Shown one piece after another: positions 45,930 through 56,062 of a stretch of DNA of 64,000 bases. Numbering within the stretch: the stretch's first letter is position 1; every line of letters begins with the position of its first letter. Source of the DNA: Eubacteriales bacterium (GTDB taxonomy: Bacteria; Bacillota; Clostridia; Oscillospirales; RGIG577); the NCBI GenBank assembly GCA_050943735.1, contig JBMNPT010000003.1:99533-163532 (forward strand), written 5' to 3'. Made by a program: the position numbers and the translations under genes. The notes beneath the pieces are model-generated. The model made no database searches and had not been told where the DNA came from. It worked only from the letters and a program-made list of their open reading frames with translations.

Positions 45930-46890
45930 GAGGATTGGAAGCAGAGGCTTCTCGCAGCCGTTCCTCCGAAATATGTGTGTAAATCTGAGTGGTGCTGAGC
46001 TGTTCATGGCCAAGGATTTCCTGCAGTGAACGCAAATCCGCACCGCCATGCTGATACATCAGGGTGGCAGCGGTGTGACGCAACTTATGCACTGAAAATT
46101 TTTGGGGATTCAGGCCGGCTTCGCCCAGATATTTTTTCACCAGCCACTGGACCGTTTTCACACTGATCCGTTTTTTGAGGCGACTCAAAAAAAGAGCGTT
46201 TTTGTCTTTGACTCCATCGACGGGCCGTACCTGTAAATATTGCTGAATGGCAGCCAAACAGGCATCGTTGAGATAAATGGTTCGTTCTTTATTGCCTTTA
46301 CCGGTAATCGTGATCCGATCTTCCCGAATATCCGGAATGTCAATGGAAACCAGCTCAGAGAGACGCATTCCACAGTTGAGAAACAATGTAATAATGGCAT
46401 AATCCCGTTCCCGGTCAGGACCCTGTATGGATTGCAACAAATGTTCGCTTTCTGAAAGAGTCAGATACCGAGGAAGGGATTTTTTTTGTTTTGGAGTATC
46501 CAGCGCCGCTGTGGGATTGTTTTCAATCAAATGAGCGCGTGTGGTGAGATATTTATAATAAGAACGCAGAGAAGATGTTTTTCTGGCCCGAGAGCTGGCA
46601 GAAAGTCCACGGTATTGAGCCAGAAAATTCATATATTCATACAGTGTTCCCAGATCTACGTTATTGAGGTCCTGCAGTGAAATCCCATCAATGGAAATGG
46701 CTTCAAAATATTCTTCATCAGAAGCCTTGCTGCGGATATCAGGAAAATCTTTTTTCATCTGCAAAAATCGAAAAAAGGTTCGTAAATCAAAATAATATTC
46801 TTCCACAGTTCGTCTGGATTTTCCGCTGATGGTTTCCATATAAGTTAGAAAATCCCGCAGGATTGCGGGTGCGCTGGTAATGTGATCCAT
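45838..46890 (-). CDS. tyrosine site-specific recombinase (XerC/XerD-like)
   Basis: Contains an N-terminal SAM-like domain, then LRHTAATLMY and LGHEQLSTTQIYTHI catalytic motifs. The ATG at 46890 lies 8 nt after GGGAG. The Pro/Ser/Thr-rich tail overlaps spoIIM. Confidence 0.8.
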   Translation of the reverse strand: MDHITSAPAILRDFLTYMETISGKSRRTVEEYYFDLRTFFRFLQMKKDFPDIRSKASDEEYFEAISIDGISLQDLNNVDLGTLYEYMNFLAQYRGLSASSRARKTSSLRSYYKYLTTRAHLIENNPTAALDTPKQKKSLPRYLTLSESEHLLQSIQGPDRERDYAIITLFLNCGMRLSELVSIDIPDIREDRITITGKGNKERTIYLNDACLAAIQQYLQVRPVDGVKDKNALFLSRLKKRISVKTVQWLVKKYLGEAGLNPQKFSVHKLRHTAATLMYQHGGADLRSLQEILGHEQLSTTQIYTHISEERLREASASNPLNQVRMEPQDPPSDTALSPTPPTDRAKKQR

Positions 46891-46917
46891 GATCGATACT
46901 CCCAAAAGCCTCCACTC

Positions 46918-46947
46918 AATTATACAAAATTCTTATTTTGTATAATT
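46918..46947. repeat. perfect 13-bp-arm AT-rich inverted repeat
   Basis: aattatacaaaat-tctt-attttgtataatt, between the HAD stop and the recombinase start. It contains TATAAT in both orientations. Confidence 0.8.
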
Positions 46948-46957
46948 ATATTTGCTC

Positions 46958-47608
46958 TTACAATTCATTCCAATTCAGCTGCAACAGCTGTGAAAAATCA
47001 CTCACATAACGATCTGCGGTTTCCTCTACCTTTTTGGCATCCTGTGCAAACAACGGCTCCGAAAAACCCACCACATAGCATCCTGCATTTTTGGCGCTTT
47101 CAATGGCGTGCAGCGAATCTTCAAAAACTACGCAATCCTCTGCATGTAAATGTAACTTTTGAGCAGCTGCTTCAAAAATCCCTGGATCGGTTTTTTCCAA
47201 TCCAAGATCTGCTGCTGTTAAAATCCATTCCATGTATGGCTTCAATCCATATTTTTCTACAATGTGATCTAAAATTCTACGGCCATTGCTGGTAAGGATC
47301 GCCATTTTGCGGTCTCGATTTTTCTCCAAAAATTCCAATACACCTGGTTTTAGTGAAGTTTGGCGATCATACCGCTGGCACATCACTTCTTCCCATTCCC
47401 GCAGAATTTCATCTGGTGTTTTTTGGGGCAGATAATGCTCCGCCACATATTGCGCAGAGGTGTTGAGTGCCTGCACCTTCAGGATGTCATTCAATCCCTC
47501 ACTGGGCTCTAAACCATAGCTCTGCAGATACTCTTCTGCAAAGCCATCCCAAACTCCCATCGAATTGATGAGTGTACCATCCATATCAAATAAAAATCCT
47601 TTTCTCAT
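46958..47608 (-). CDS. HAD family hydrolase (beta-phosphoglucomutase-like subfamily IA)
   Basis: FLFDMDGTLINS carries the DxDGT motif I, and ILTSNGRR carries motif II. 216 aa. Confidence 0.8.
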   Translation of the reverse strand: MRKGFLFDMDGTLINSMGVWDGFAEEYLQSYGLEPSEGLNDILKVQALNTSAQYVAEHYLPQKTPDEILREWEEVMCQRYDRQTSLKPGVLEFLEKNRDRKMAILTSNGRRILDHIVEKYGLKPYMEWILTAADLGLEKTDPGIFEAAAQKLHLHAEDCVVFEDSLHAIESAKNAGCYVVGFSEPLFAQDAKKVEETADRYVSDFSQLLQLNWNEL

Positions 47609-47618
47609 ACCATCTTCC

Positions 47619-48257
47619 TCAATTCCACTGATCCGTCACTTGCCGGAAAGAAGCTGTGGCGGCCTCAATATCAGGCTGAGCCAAAATTCCGGAGATGACT
47701 GCCACTCCATCCATTCCCCTCCCCTGCAGCTGGGACACATTGTCCAGAGAAATTCCTCCGATGGCAACTACAGGAATGGAAACAGCTTCACAAATATCCT
47801 GTAAAACCTGATGATCCAAGGGTTTAGCGTCCAACTTGGTGCTGCTGCCGAACACCGCACCCACTCCCAGATAATCTGCTCCGTTTTTCTGGGCTTCCAA
47901 CGCCAATTCTACCCGATTGCAGGTGACACCGATGATTTTATCAGCGCCCAGTTTGGCGCGGGCTTCCGCCAGTTTCATATCACTTTGGCCGATGTGTACC
48001 CCATCTGCGTCAGCTTCCAAAGCAATCTCCACGTCGTCGTTGATGAGAAGAGGCACCTGATAGCGAGCGGTCAGTTTCTTCAGCTGCAAAGCCAATTGCA
48101 AAAACTCCTCATGGGAGGTATGTTTTTCCCGCAACTGTACACAGGTAGCTCCGCCCTTTAGCGCCTCTTCTACCACTTCTTCCAAAGTACGACCGTTGAG
48201 CCAGGTTCGATCTGTCACCAGATAGACCTTCATAGCCTGTTTTACATTCCAGTTCAT
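47619..48257 (-). CDS. thiE: thiamine-phosphate synthase
   Basis: Contains VYLVTDR, CVQLREK, GVHIGQSD, GADYLGVGAVF and PVVAIGGI. The start is uncertain; I chose the ATG at 48257, and the track uses the GTG at 48269. Confidence 0.85.
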   Translation of the reverse strand: MNWNVKQAMKVYLVTDRTWLNGRTLEEVVEEALKGGATCVQLREKHTSHEEFLQLALQLKKLTARYQVPLLINDDVEIALEADADGVHIGQSDMKLAEARAKLGADKIIGVTCNRVELALEAQKNGADYLGVGAVFGSSTKLDAKPLDHQVLQDICEAVSIPVVAIGGISLDNVSQLQGRGMDGVAVISGILAQPDIEAATASFRQVTDQWN

Positions 48258-48354
48258 GCTGTTTCCCACTCCATTTTATCCAAAGAAAATGAGGCCATGC
48301 ACTGCATGACCTCATTTATTGTATCATATTTTTGCCTGTCAGGCAATGAGCCTC

Positions 48355-49740
48355 TTACTGCTTGCTCTTTATGTACTCATCGATGGCAGCAGCAGCCTTC
48401 TTGCCAGCACCCATGGCCAGAATTACCGTAGCGGCACCTGTCACAGCGTCACCACCGGCATATACGCCTTCCTTGGAGGTCTTGCCGTCCTCATCGGCTA
48501 CGATACAGCCCTTGCGGTTGGTTTCCAGACCCTTGGTGGTGGACTTGATCAGGGGGTTGGGAGAAGTACCAATGGACATGATCACAGCATCCACATCCAG
48601 CACAAACTCGCTGCCGGGCTTCTCAACAGGTCTTCTTCTTCCGGATTCATCGGGCTCGCCCAGTTCCATCTCGATGCACTTGATGCCAGTTACCCAGCCG
48701 TTTTCATCGCCCAGGATCTCCACAGGATTGTTGAGCAGCTTGAACACAATGCCCTCTTCCTTGGCGTGGTGTACTTCTTCCGCTCTAGCAGGCAGTTCGG
48801 CCTCGCTCCGACGATATACAATGTATACGTCAGCGCCCAGACGCTTTGCACATCTGGCAGCATCCATGGCCACGTTACCACCGCCTACTACTGCTACGCA
48901 CTTATTCTTGCGGATGGGAGTGTCATATTCATCCTTGTATGCCTTCATCAGGTTGATACGAGTGAGGAATTCGTTGGCAGAATATACACCATTGAGGTTT
49001 TCACCAGGGATGTGCATGAAGGAGGGCAGACCAGCACCGCTACCAATGAACACAGCTTCGTAGCCGTCTTCAAACAGCTCATCCACCGATACCACCTTAC
49101 CGGTTACCATATTGGTTTCAATGTCCACGCCCATATCCTTCAGCTTCTGGATTTCAGCCTGTACAATTTCCTTGGGCAGACGGAACTGGGGAATGCCATA
49201 CATCAGCACGCCGCCAGCTACGTGGAAGGCTTCCAGGATGGTCACCTGATACCCCATCTTGGCCAGGTCACCAGCACAGGTCAGACCTGCAGGGCCAGCG
49301 CCCACAACGGCAACTTTATGGCCATTGGAAACGGGCTTTTCTTCTTTTTCGTGGATGTTTTCCATGGCCCAGTCTGCCACAAAACGTTCCAGACGGCCGA
49401 TGCCAACCGGTTCGCCCTTGATGCCACGAACACATTTGCCCTCACACTGGTTCTCCTGGGGACATACACGTCCGCACACAGCAGGCAGAGAGTTGGTTTC
49501 CTTGATCTTGTAGTAAGCGCCCTTGAAATCGCCCGCGGCCACCAGAGAAATAAACTCGGGAATTTTTACGTTTACAGGGCAACCAGCCACGCAGGGCTTG
49601 TTTTTGCAGTTGAGGCAACGAGTGGCTTCATTGACAGCCATCTCAGCGGTATAGCCCAGAGCCACTTCCTCAAAGTTCTTATTTCTTACGTCAGGTGCCT
49701 GTTCGGGCATCTTGGTTTTTTCCAAACACATATTTGCCAT
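48355..49740 (-). CDS. NADPH-dependent glutamate synthase small-subunit-like oxidoreductase (NfnB / SudA type)
   Basis: 461 aa. Contains the N-terminal Fe-S Cys motif CLNCKNKPCVAGCP and two GxGxxG folds (VAVVGAGPAG, VAVVGGGNVAMD). Confidence 0.8.
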   Translation of the reverse strand: MANMCLEKTKMPEQAPDVRNKNFEEVALGYTAEMAVNEATRCLNCKNKPCVAGCPVNVKIPEFISLVAAGDFKGAYYKIKETNSLPAVCGRVCPQENQCEGKCVRGIKGEPVGIGRLERFVADWAMENIHEKEEKPVSNGHKVAVVGAGPAGLTCAGDLAKMGYQVTILEAFHVAGGVLMYGIPQFRLPKEIVQAEIQKLKDMGVDIETNMVTGKVVSVDELFEDGYEAVFIGSGAGLPSFMHIPGENLNGVYSANEFLTRINLMKAYKDEYDTPIRKNKCVAVVGGGNVAMDAARCAKRLGADVYIVYRRSEAELPARAEEVHHAKEEGIVFKLLNNPVEILGDENGWVTGIKCIEMELGEPDESGRRRPVEKPGSEFVLDVDAVIMSIGTSPNPLIKSTTKGLETNRKGCIVADEDGKTSKEGVYAGGDAVTGAATVILAMGAGKKAAAAIDEYIKSKQ

Positions 49741-49753
49741 CGAAATCCACTCC

Positions 49754-50614
49754 TTACTTGGACAGCTTATCAGCCTGTGCCATCATATTACAATAGTGAT
49801 CTGCGGCCTCTCTCTCCTGAGGCTTGTACATCTGGCTTCTGCGAATTGCTTCATCAAAGTCCACCTGATGACCGTCAAAATCAGGACCGTCCACACAGGC
49901 AAACTTGGTTTCGCCGCCCACGGTCAGACGACAGCCGCCGCACATGCCGGTACCGTCGATCATCACAGGGTTCATGCTCACGATGGTCTTGACACCGTAC
50001 TTCTTGGTCAGCTCGCACACAAACTTCATCATGATCAGGGGACCGATGGCGATAACAGCATCATACTGATTGCCAGCTTCCAGCAACTCCTTGAGAGCGT
50101 CGGTGACAAAGCCCTTGTTGCCGTTGGAACCATCGTCGGTCTTCACATACAGATTGGTGCAGGCAGCCCGCATTTCATCTTCCAGGATGATGATATCCTT
50201 GGTACGGAAACCGGCGATCATATCCACTTCACAGCCCAGGCTGTGCAGCTTCTTAGCCTGGGGATAAGCGATGGCGCAGCCCAGACCGCCGCCGATAACG
50301 GCTACCTTCTTGAGACCTTCAGTGTGAGAGGCAATGCCCAGAGGTCCCACAAAGTCGCTGATATACTCCCCTTCTTCCTTGTCGCGGAGCATCATGGTGG
50401 TCTTGCCTACCACCTGGAAAATGATGGTGACAGTGCCCTTTTCCCGATCAAAATCAGCCACTGTCAGAGGAATCCGTTCGCCCTCTTCATTGACACGCAA
50501 AATGATGAACTGACCGGGTTCACATTTTTTCGCGATCTTGTCAGCCTGAATTTCCATCAGGATGACCTGTTCGTTCAAAACCTTTTTCCGAACGATCTTG
50601 TACATATTGCTCAC
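49754..50614 (-). CDS. PyrK-like FAD/NAD(P)-binding ferredoxin reductase subunit (NfnA / SudB type)
   Basis: 286 aa. Contains RIPLTVADF and the C-terminal 2Fe-2S motif DGTGMCGGCR...CVDGP. It is paired with the GltD-like gene. Confidence 0.8.
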   Translation of the reverse strand: MSNMYKIVRKKVLNEQVILMEIQADKIAKKCEPGQFIILRVNEEGERIPLTVADFDREKGTVTIIFQVVGKTTMMLRDKEEGEYISDFVGPLGIASHTEGLKKVAVIGGGLGCAIAYPQAKKLHSLGCEVDMIAGFRTKDIIILEDEMRAACTNLYVKTDDGSNGNKGFVTDALKELLEAGNQYDAVIAIGPLIMMKFVCELTKKYGVKTIVSMNPVMIDGTGMCGGCRLTVGGETKFACVDGPDFDGHQVDFDEAIRRSQMYKPQEREAADHYCNMMAQADKLSK

Positions 50615-50709
50615 TCCTTGTCCCTTTTATATGAAATTTTGCAAGTTTACACGCTTATTCATTATATACGATTCCCACTGTAATTTCAACAGATTGTGAA
50701 TATTTCTAC

Positions 50710-50743
50710 AAAAAAGAGTGTGGAAAAATTTCCACACTCTTTT
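50710..50743. terminator. bidirectional terminator downstream of ydcF-like gene
   Basis: aaagagtgtgga aaaatt tccacactcttt. Confidence 0.65.
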
Positions 50744-50748
50744 GCACA

Positions 50749-51522
50749 TCATAAAAGACCCAATTTCATGAGTACCATCCCACCCATCTCACGGGCCCAA
50801 TATCCAGCTCGCAGCATCAAAGGTGCTCTGGAAGATACAGTCCCGCTGGCAGGAGCGCCTTCTCTGTCAAACAGCTCCAACGCCCGGCTCTGGTGATAGT
50901 CATCGGTGATAATGACCATAGAAGTGCTCCATCCTTCTTGTCTGGCAATATCCAGACTGTTGTGGATGTTCTCTTCGGTATTGTGGGATTCATTTTCCTG
51001 CCTGATGCGGCTGGGGTCAATCCCTCGATCTTCCAGCCACTGGGCCATGCATTCACTTTCCGCCATGGGCTCGTCCGGTCCCTGGCCTCCGCTGACAATG
51101 CACACCGCCTCCGGATTCTCGTTAAGATAGGAAAGCGCTGCTTCCAGCCGTCCCTGCAACATCATGGAAGGCTCTCCACTGGGATACACCTGACAACCCA
51201 GCACAATGGCCACAGGCTGTTGCTGGGTTAGAGGTTCCAAAGACGCCTGCTGGTTCATCTGAAACAGCAGTGCCGCGCACAGAGCGATACCTCCCACCAG
51301 CACCATTCGAATCATCCAGCAAAGCCACCGGATATGCCTGTCCAGCCACTGGGCAAGCCAGGGCCATAATAGGCAACCCATCCCACCAGCCAGCAGCGCG
51401 GCATTTCCGATGTGAAACACTCCATAGGGCAAAGATCCGAAGCCCAGTGTCAGCAAAACAACCCCCAGTACAATACAAAATACCCTCTCCCCCCACAGGA
51501 AGGGATGGAGTTTTTGTCTCAT
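50749..51522 (-). CDS. YdcF family (DUF218) membrane-anchored protein
   Basis: N-terminal TM segments followed by VAIVLGCQVY...GEPSMMLQGRL and VSGGQG DUF218 motifs. Confidence 0.75.
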   Translation of the reverse strand: MRQKLHPFLWGERVFCIVLGVVLLTLGFGSLPYGVFHIGNAALLAGGMGCLLWPWLAQWLDRHIRWLCWMIRMVLVGGIALCAALLFQMNQQASLEPLTQQQPVAIVLGCQVYPSGEPSMMLQGRLEAALSYLNENPEAVCIVSGGQGPDEPMAESECMAQWLEDRGIDPSRIRQENESHNTEENIHNSLDIARQEGWSTSMVIITDDYHQSRALELFDREGAPASGTVSSRAPLMLRAGYWAREMGGMVLMKLGLL

Positions 51523-52814
51523 AGGTCGTTGCGAATCAAATCCTCATAGCTTTCCCGCTGCACAACCAGCTTGCTCTCACCATTCCGAACAAACACCACA
51601 GGAGGGTTGGGAATGCGGTTGTAATGGGAAGCCATGGAATAGTTATACGCCCCGGTGGCCAATGTGGCCAGGATATCTCCCGCGTGGGGCTGCTGCAGTG
51701 CCACGTCCTTCCCCAACAGGTCGCCGCTTTCACAGCACTTGCCTGCGATGGTGACACAGGCATCTTTTTTCTCATTCATACGATTGGCCAGTTCAAAGGT
51801 GTACTCCGACTGATACAGGATATACCGAGGGTTGTCCGGCATACCGCCGTCCACCGATACATAAGTGCGAATGCCGGGAATTTCCTTGACACCTCCAACA
51901 GTGTACAGAGTGATACCCGCCGGTGCCACTAGACTGCGTCCAGGTTCCATGAGAATCCGGGGCAGACGGATCCCACGCTGCGCACATACCTTTTTAACCG
52001 CCACCGACACCTCACGGATGTACTGGTCATATTCCACCGGGTCGTCGTTTTCAGTATACTTGATGCCAAAACCACCGCCCAGATTCAGCTCGGTCATTTC
52101 GTGGCCCAGCTTGTCCTTCACATCCGCCATAAAGTTCAGCATCACTTCTGCGGCGTGGACAAAGGGATCCAGATCAAAGATCTGCGAACCAATGTGGCAG
52201 TGAACGCCCACGACCTGTACATGAGGGGTATGCAGTGCCTTTTCCACAATATCCAGCGCCTCACCGGTTTCCAGCGCAACACCAAACTTGGAGTCAATCT
52301 GACCTGTCTGGATAAAGCTGTGGGTGTGGGCGTCGATGCCCGGCTTGATGCGGAACAGAATGTGAGCGGTGCAATTCATCTCGTTGGCCAGCTCACTGAG
52401 CCGCTGCAGTTCTTCTGCATTGTCCACTACAATACGGCCCACTCCGTTTTCCAAGGCCATTTTCAGCTCATCCTGGGTTTTGTTGTTGCCGTGGAAATAC
52501 ACCTTCTCCATGGGAAATCCAGCCTTCAGAGCGGTGTACAATTCACCGCCGGATACCACATCCACGCCCAGACCTTCTTCCTTCGCCACCTGATAGATGT
52601 ACTTGCAGGAGAACGCCTTACTGGCGTACAAGGCCAGACCGTTTCCATTGTAGTAAGTATCCAGTGCGTTTTTATAAATCCGGCAGTATTTCCGGATGAG
52701 ATCTTCATCCATCACATAGAGTGGAGTGCCGTACTGCTGGGCCAGCTGTACAGTGTCCATCCCGCCGATGGTCAAATGCTTCTGTTCATTGATTCCCAAA
52801 CATTCTGAAATCAT
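51519..52814 (-). CDS. lysA: diaminopimelate decarboxylase
   Basis: Contains YGTPLYVMDE, YASKAFSC (PLP Lys), GGGFGI and CCESGD. The ATG at 52814 overlaps the engB stop (ATGA). The track N-terminal extension is spurious. Confidence 0.92.
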   Translation of the reverse strand: MISECLGINEQKHLTIGGMDTVQLAQQYGTPLYVMDEDLIRKYCRIYKNALDTYYNGNGLALYASKAFSCKYIYQVAKEEGLGVDVVSGGELYTALKAGFPMEKVYFHGNNKTQDELKMALENGVGRIVVDNAEELQRLSELANEMNCTAHILFRIKPGIDAHTHSFIQTGQIDSKFGVALETGEALDIVEKALHTPHVQVVGVHCHIGSQIFDLDPFVHAAEVMLNFMADVKDKLGHEMTELNLGGGFGIKYTENDDPVEYDQYIREVSVAVKKVCAQRGIRLPRILMEPGRSLVAPAGITLYTVGGVKEIPGIRTYVSVDGGMPDNPRYILYQSEYTFELANRMNEKKDACVTIAGKCCESGDLLGKDVALQQPHAGDILATLATGAYNYSMASHYNRIPNPPVVFVRNGESKLVVQRESYEDLIRNDL

Positions 52815-53422
52815 GCTTCGACCTCCTCGTTGGTTTTCTTTTGTATATGCTGTTGGATGTGCTCCAACAGTGCTTCCCGGCCTGTTCCCTTTTCCGCTGA
52901 AAATACCAGCACAGGGATTTCCGGCTCCAGCTGCAGTTCTGTGCGGATCATGGCACAGTTTTCCTGTGCCGCTTTGGCGGAGAGCTTGTCTGCCTTGGTA
53001 CACACCACCATAAATGGCCTGCCGCACTGTTTCAGCCAGGCCACCATGGTACGGTCATCTGCGGTGGGCTTATGCCGTATGTCGATGAGCTGAATCATCA
53101 GCCGCATGTCGGCTGTGGAATTGAGATAACCGTCAATCAGACGCCCCCAGCGCTCCCGTTCTTTTTGAGAGACCTTGGCGTAACCATAGCCTGGCAGGTC
53201 TACGAATAGCAGCGTTTTGTCAATTTCATAAAAATTGATGGTGGCGGTTTTTCCCGGAGCCGAACTGGTGCGGGCCAGATTTTTGCGCAGCAGCAACCGG
53301 TTGATCAGAGAGGATTTCCCCACGTTGGATCGGCCGATCATCACAATATGCGGCAGCGGATCATCGGGAATCTGATGGAGATTGCCAGCGGAAATGCGAA
53401 GGTTTGCGTTATTCAAATTCAT
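52811..53422 (-). CDS. engB: ribosome biogenesis GTP-binding protein YsxC/EngB
   Basis: Contains GRSNVGKSSLIN (G1), DLPGYG (G3) and TKADK (G4). Confidence 0.92.
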   Translation of the reverse strand: MNLNNANLRISAGNLHQIPDDPLPHIVMIGRSNVGKSSLINRLLLRKNLARTSSAPGKTATINFYEIDKTLLFVDLPGYGYAKVSQKERERWGRLIDGYLNSTADMRLMIQLIDIRHKPTADDRTMVAWLKQCGRPFMVVCTKADKLSAKAAQENCAMIRTELQLEPEIPVLVFSAEKGTGREALLEHIQQHIQKKTNEEVEA

Positions 53423-53436
53423 GGTCCCTCTCCTTT

Positions 53437-55911
53437 TTACTGGGCAATCCGGCCGGAAGGCTGTTTGTCCCGCTCTCCATGATAGGAATTTCCCGCGTCA
53501 GGGAGCTCTTTTTTCTCTGACTTGGATGGCAAATACTGATTGCCTTTTTCCACTGGTGCCAAGGCTACCGCCAATACTTCATCCATGTTGGAAGCGGTGA
53601 CAAACCGTACATGTTCCCGTACCGCAGGATCAATTTCTTCCAAATCCCGCTGGTTTTCCCGGGGAATAATCACCGTCTTCATGCCATGCTTGTAGGCCGC
53701 CATGGTTTTTTCCTTGAGTCCTCCAATGGCCAGCACCCGTCCACGGATGGTCACTTCACCCGTCATGGCCACATCATGCAGCACCGGAGTTCCCGTCAGA
53801 GCCGAAACAATGGCTGTCGCCATGGTAATACCGGCAGAAGGCCCATCCTTGGGAATGGCTCCCTGAGGGAAATGAATGTGAATGTCGTTGTTTTTGTAAA
53901 ATTCCTCATCAATTCCCAGCTGACTGCACCGGCTGCGGATGTAACTGATGGCAGCATGAGCCGATTCCTTCATCACATCTCCCAGACTACCGGTGAGCTC
54001 AATTTTACCGGAGCCCTTCATCACATTGACTTCCACATACAGGATATCGCCGCCCACCTGGGTCCAGGCAAGGCCGCATACCACACCCACTTCGTCTTCC
54101 TTACAGGTAGCGTCGGGCAGATACTTGATGACACCTAAATAATCGTGCAGATTTTTGCGGGTAACAGAAACCCGACTGACGCCATCTTCTACCATGCGCA
54201 CCGCGGCTTTACGGCACACCTTTGCCAGTGCCCGCTCCAAATTCCGAACACCCGATTCCCGGGTGTATCCTTCTATGATGGCATTGATGGCATCATCGCT
54301 GATGGAGAGACTGCGCCGCTCCAGCCCGTGTTTCTTCATCACCTTAGGCAGCAGATGCTTCCGGGCGATATGTACCTTTTCCTCCTGGGTATAACTGCCC
54401 AGTTCGATGACTTCCATACGGTCCAGCAGCGGACGTGGGATGGTATCCAGCGTGTTGGCCGTCACAATAAACAGTACATCGGACAGATCCACCGGCAATT
54501 CCACATAATGATCCCGAAACGCCACATTCTGTTCTCCATCAAAGGCTTCCAAAAGCGCTGCAGCAGGGTCTCCCCGGAAATCACTGGCCATCTTGTCCAC
54601 TTCATCCAGCATCATCACACAGTTGCGGCTTCCGCTTTGAATCAAAGCGGAAATGATACGACCGGGCATGGCGCCAATGTAGGTCTTACGGTGACCGCGG
54701 ATATCGGCCTCATCCCGCACACCACCCAGAGAAAGGCGTACAAACTTGCGCCCCATTGCCTCTGCCACTGAGTGTCCAATGGAGGTCTTACCCACTCCAG
54801 GCGGGCCCACCAGACAGAGAATCTGTCCTTTCAAATCCCGGTTGAGCTGCTTGACAGCCAGAAATTCAAGGATTTGTTCCTTGACCTTTTCCATGCCATA
54901 ATGCTCAGCATCCAGCAATTTACGTGCTTTGGGTACGCTGAGACGATCTCGGGTGGTGGTACTCCAGGGAATAGAGAGTACCGTATCCAGATAGGTACGG
55001 ATGACCATGCCTTCCGACGACCCCTGAGAAGTGCGGCTCAGCCGGTCCACTTCCTTGAGGAGTTTTTCCTGGATCTCTTCCGGGAGCTTCAAGTCCATGA
55101 TCCGCTGGGTGAATGCTTCACATTCCTTCTGAATGCCGTCGCCTTCATCCAGTTCAATCTGAATGGCCTTGAGCTGCTCCCGCAACACATATTCTCGCTG
55201 ATTCTTGTCGATTTGCTCTTTGACTCGTTTGGCCACAGATGCCTCGACTTCCATTACATCAATTTCACGTTTCAGAAAAACAGTGAGCTTTTCGGCGCGC
55301 ACATAGGGATCAAATTCTGCCAGAATTTCTTGCTTATCCTCCATGCGAAGGGCAATGTTGGCGCAGATCAGATCCGCCAACCGGCCGGGATGATTGCAGT
55401 CCATTACCTTGAGAATGATGTCATTTCCACTGCGATTTTGATAGGCGCAATATTCATCAAAAGCATCCCGCAAGGTGGACACATAAGCCATGGCCTCTAC
55501 ACTTTCTTCATCCACCGGAACTTCATCCACCAGCGTGATGTTGCCCCGCAGACAGGGAGTTTGACCGGTGAGTTCCTCCAGAATGCCCCGGCTGATTCCT
55601 TCCACCAGCACACGCATATTGTCGCCCGGCATACGCAAAATCTGCTTAATGCGAGCCATGGTACCCACCTGAAACAGATCGTCTTTGCCGGGATTGTCAG
55701 TGGAGAGCTGTTTCTGGGCAACCAGAAAAATATTCTGCCCTTCCCGCATGGCCTGTTCCAGCGATTTGACCGACCGTTCACGGCCCACGTCAAAATGAAT
55801 GTGAATCCCGTTGAATACCACCAGTCCCCGTAGGGCTAGTACAGGAATGTTTTCCACTCGTTTCCCTTGTTTTTCCTCTATTTCCAATAACATAGCATTA
55901 TTTTCACTCAT
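53437..55911 (-). CDS. lon: ATP-dependent Lon protease (LonA)
   Basis: Contains the N-terminal [12 protein letters not shown], Walker [10 protein letters not shown] and the protease site [14 protein letters not shown]. The ATG at 55911 lies 9 nt after GGAGG. The track ORF is extended to 56184. Confidence 0.93.
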   Translation of the reverse strand: MSENNAMLLEIEEKQGKRVENIPVLALRGLVVFNGIHIHFDVGRERSVKSLEQAMREGQNIFLVAQKQLSTDNPGKDDLFQVGTMARIKQILRMPGDNMRVLVEGISRGILEELTGQTPCLRGNITLVDEVPVDEESVEAMAYVSTLRDAFDEYCAYQNRSGNDIILKVMDCNHPGRLADLICANIALRMEDKQEILAEFDPYVRAEKLTVFLKREIDVMEVEASVAKRVKEQIDKNQREYVLREQLKAIQIELDEGDGIQKECEAFTQRIMDLKLPEEIQEKLLKEVDRLSRTSQGSSEGMVIRTYLDTVLSIPWSTTTRDRLSVPKARKLLDAEHYGMEKVKEQILEFLAVKQLNRDLKGQILCLVGPPGVGKTSIGHSVAEAMGRKFVRLSLGGVRDEADIRGHRKTYIGAMPGRIISALIQSGSRNCVMMLDEVDKMASDFRGDPAAALLEAFDGEQNVAFRDHYVELPVDLSDVLFIVTANTLDTIPRPLLDRMEVIELGSYTQEEKVHIARKHLLPKVMKKHGLERRSLSISDDAINAIIEGYTRESGVRNLERALAKVCRKAAVRMVEDGVSRVSVTRKNLHDYLGVIKYLPDATCKEDEVGVVCGLAWTQVGGDILYVEVNVMKGSGKIELTGSLGDVMKESAHAAISYIRSRCSQLGIDEEFYKNNDIHIHFPQGAIPKDGPSAGITMATAIVSALTGTPVLHDVAMTGEVTIRGRVLAIGGLKEKTMAAYKHGMKTVIIPRENQRDLEEIDPAVREHVRFVTASNMDEVLAVALAPVEKGNQYLPSKSEKKELPDAGNSYHGERDKQPSGRIAQ

Positions 55912-55957
55912 ATCCATTACCTCCGTATGACAGCTGTCCATGCAAACTGTCATTCTT

Positions 55958-55986
55958 ATTATAATATCCGCCTCCTGTTTTTTCAA
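55958..55986 (-). promoter_or_regulatory. promoter (TTGAAA-N17-TATAAT, minus strand) of lon
   Basis: On the plus strand, tttcaa at 55981-55986 and attata at 55958-55963. A 7-bp inverted repeat atgacag..ctgtcat lies in the leader. Confidence 0.5.
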
Positions 55987-56062
55987 GCCGAAGCTCTTAT
56001 TTTTGCATATTTTTACACAGCATCCTGCAATTTGAATACTCTTTTTGTATAGATATGTTCTT

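Noticed and set aside
46918-46947. The AT-rich palindrome next to the Xer-type recombinase as a dif site.
   Set aside because: It does not resemble the Firmicute dif consensus as I recall it (…TTATGTAAACT half-site). Its perfect symmetry and arm spacing differ from XerCD sites.
48319-49992. A very long ORF (557 aa, plus strand) antisense to the nfnB-like gene. There are many similar long antisense ORFs, for example 502..1773(-), 1719..3038(-), 20481..22166(-), 26101..27651(-), 54772..55833(+) and 57722..58600(+).
   Set aside because: Each lies opposite a strongly recognisable housekeeping protein. Their translations are low-complexity (rich in H, G, R, Q and L) with no recognisable motifs or RBS. 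They are typical shadow ORFs caused by codon bias on the real strand.
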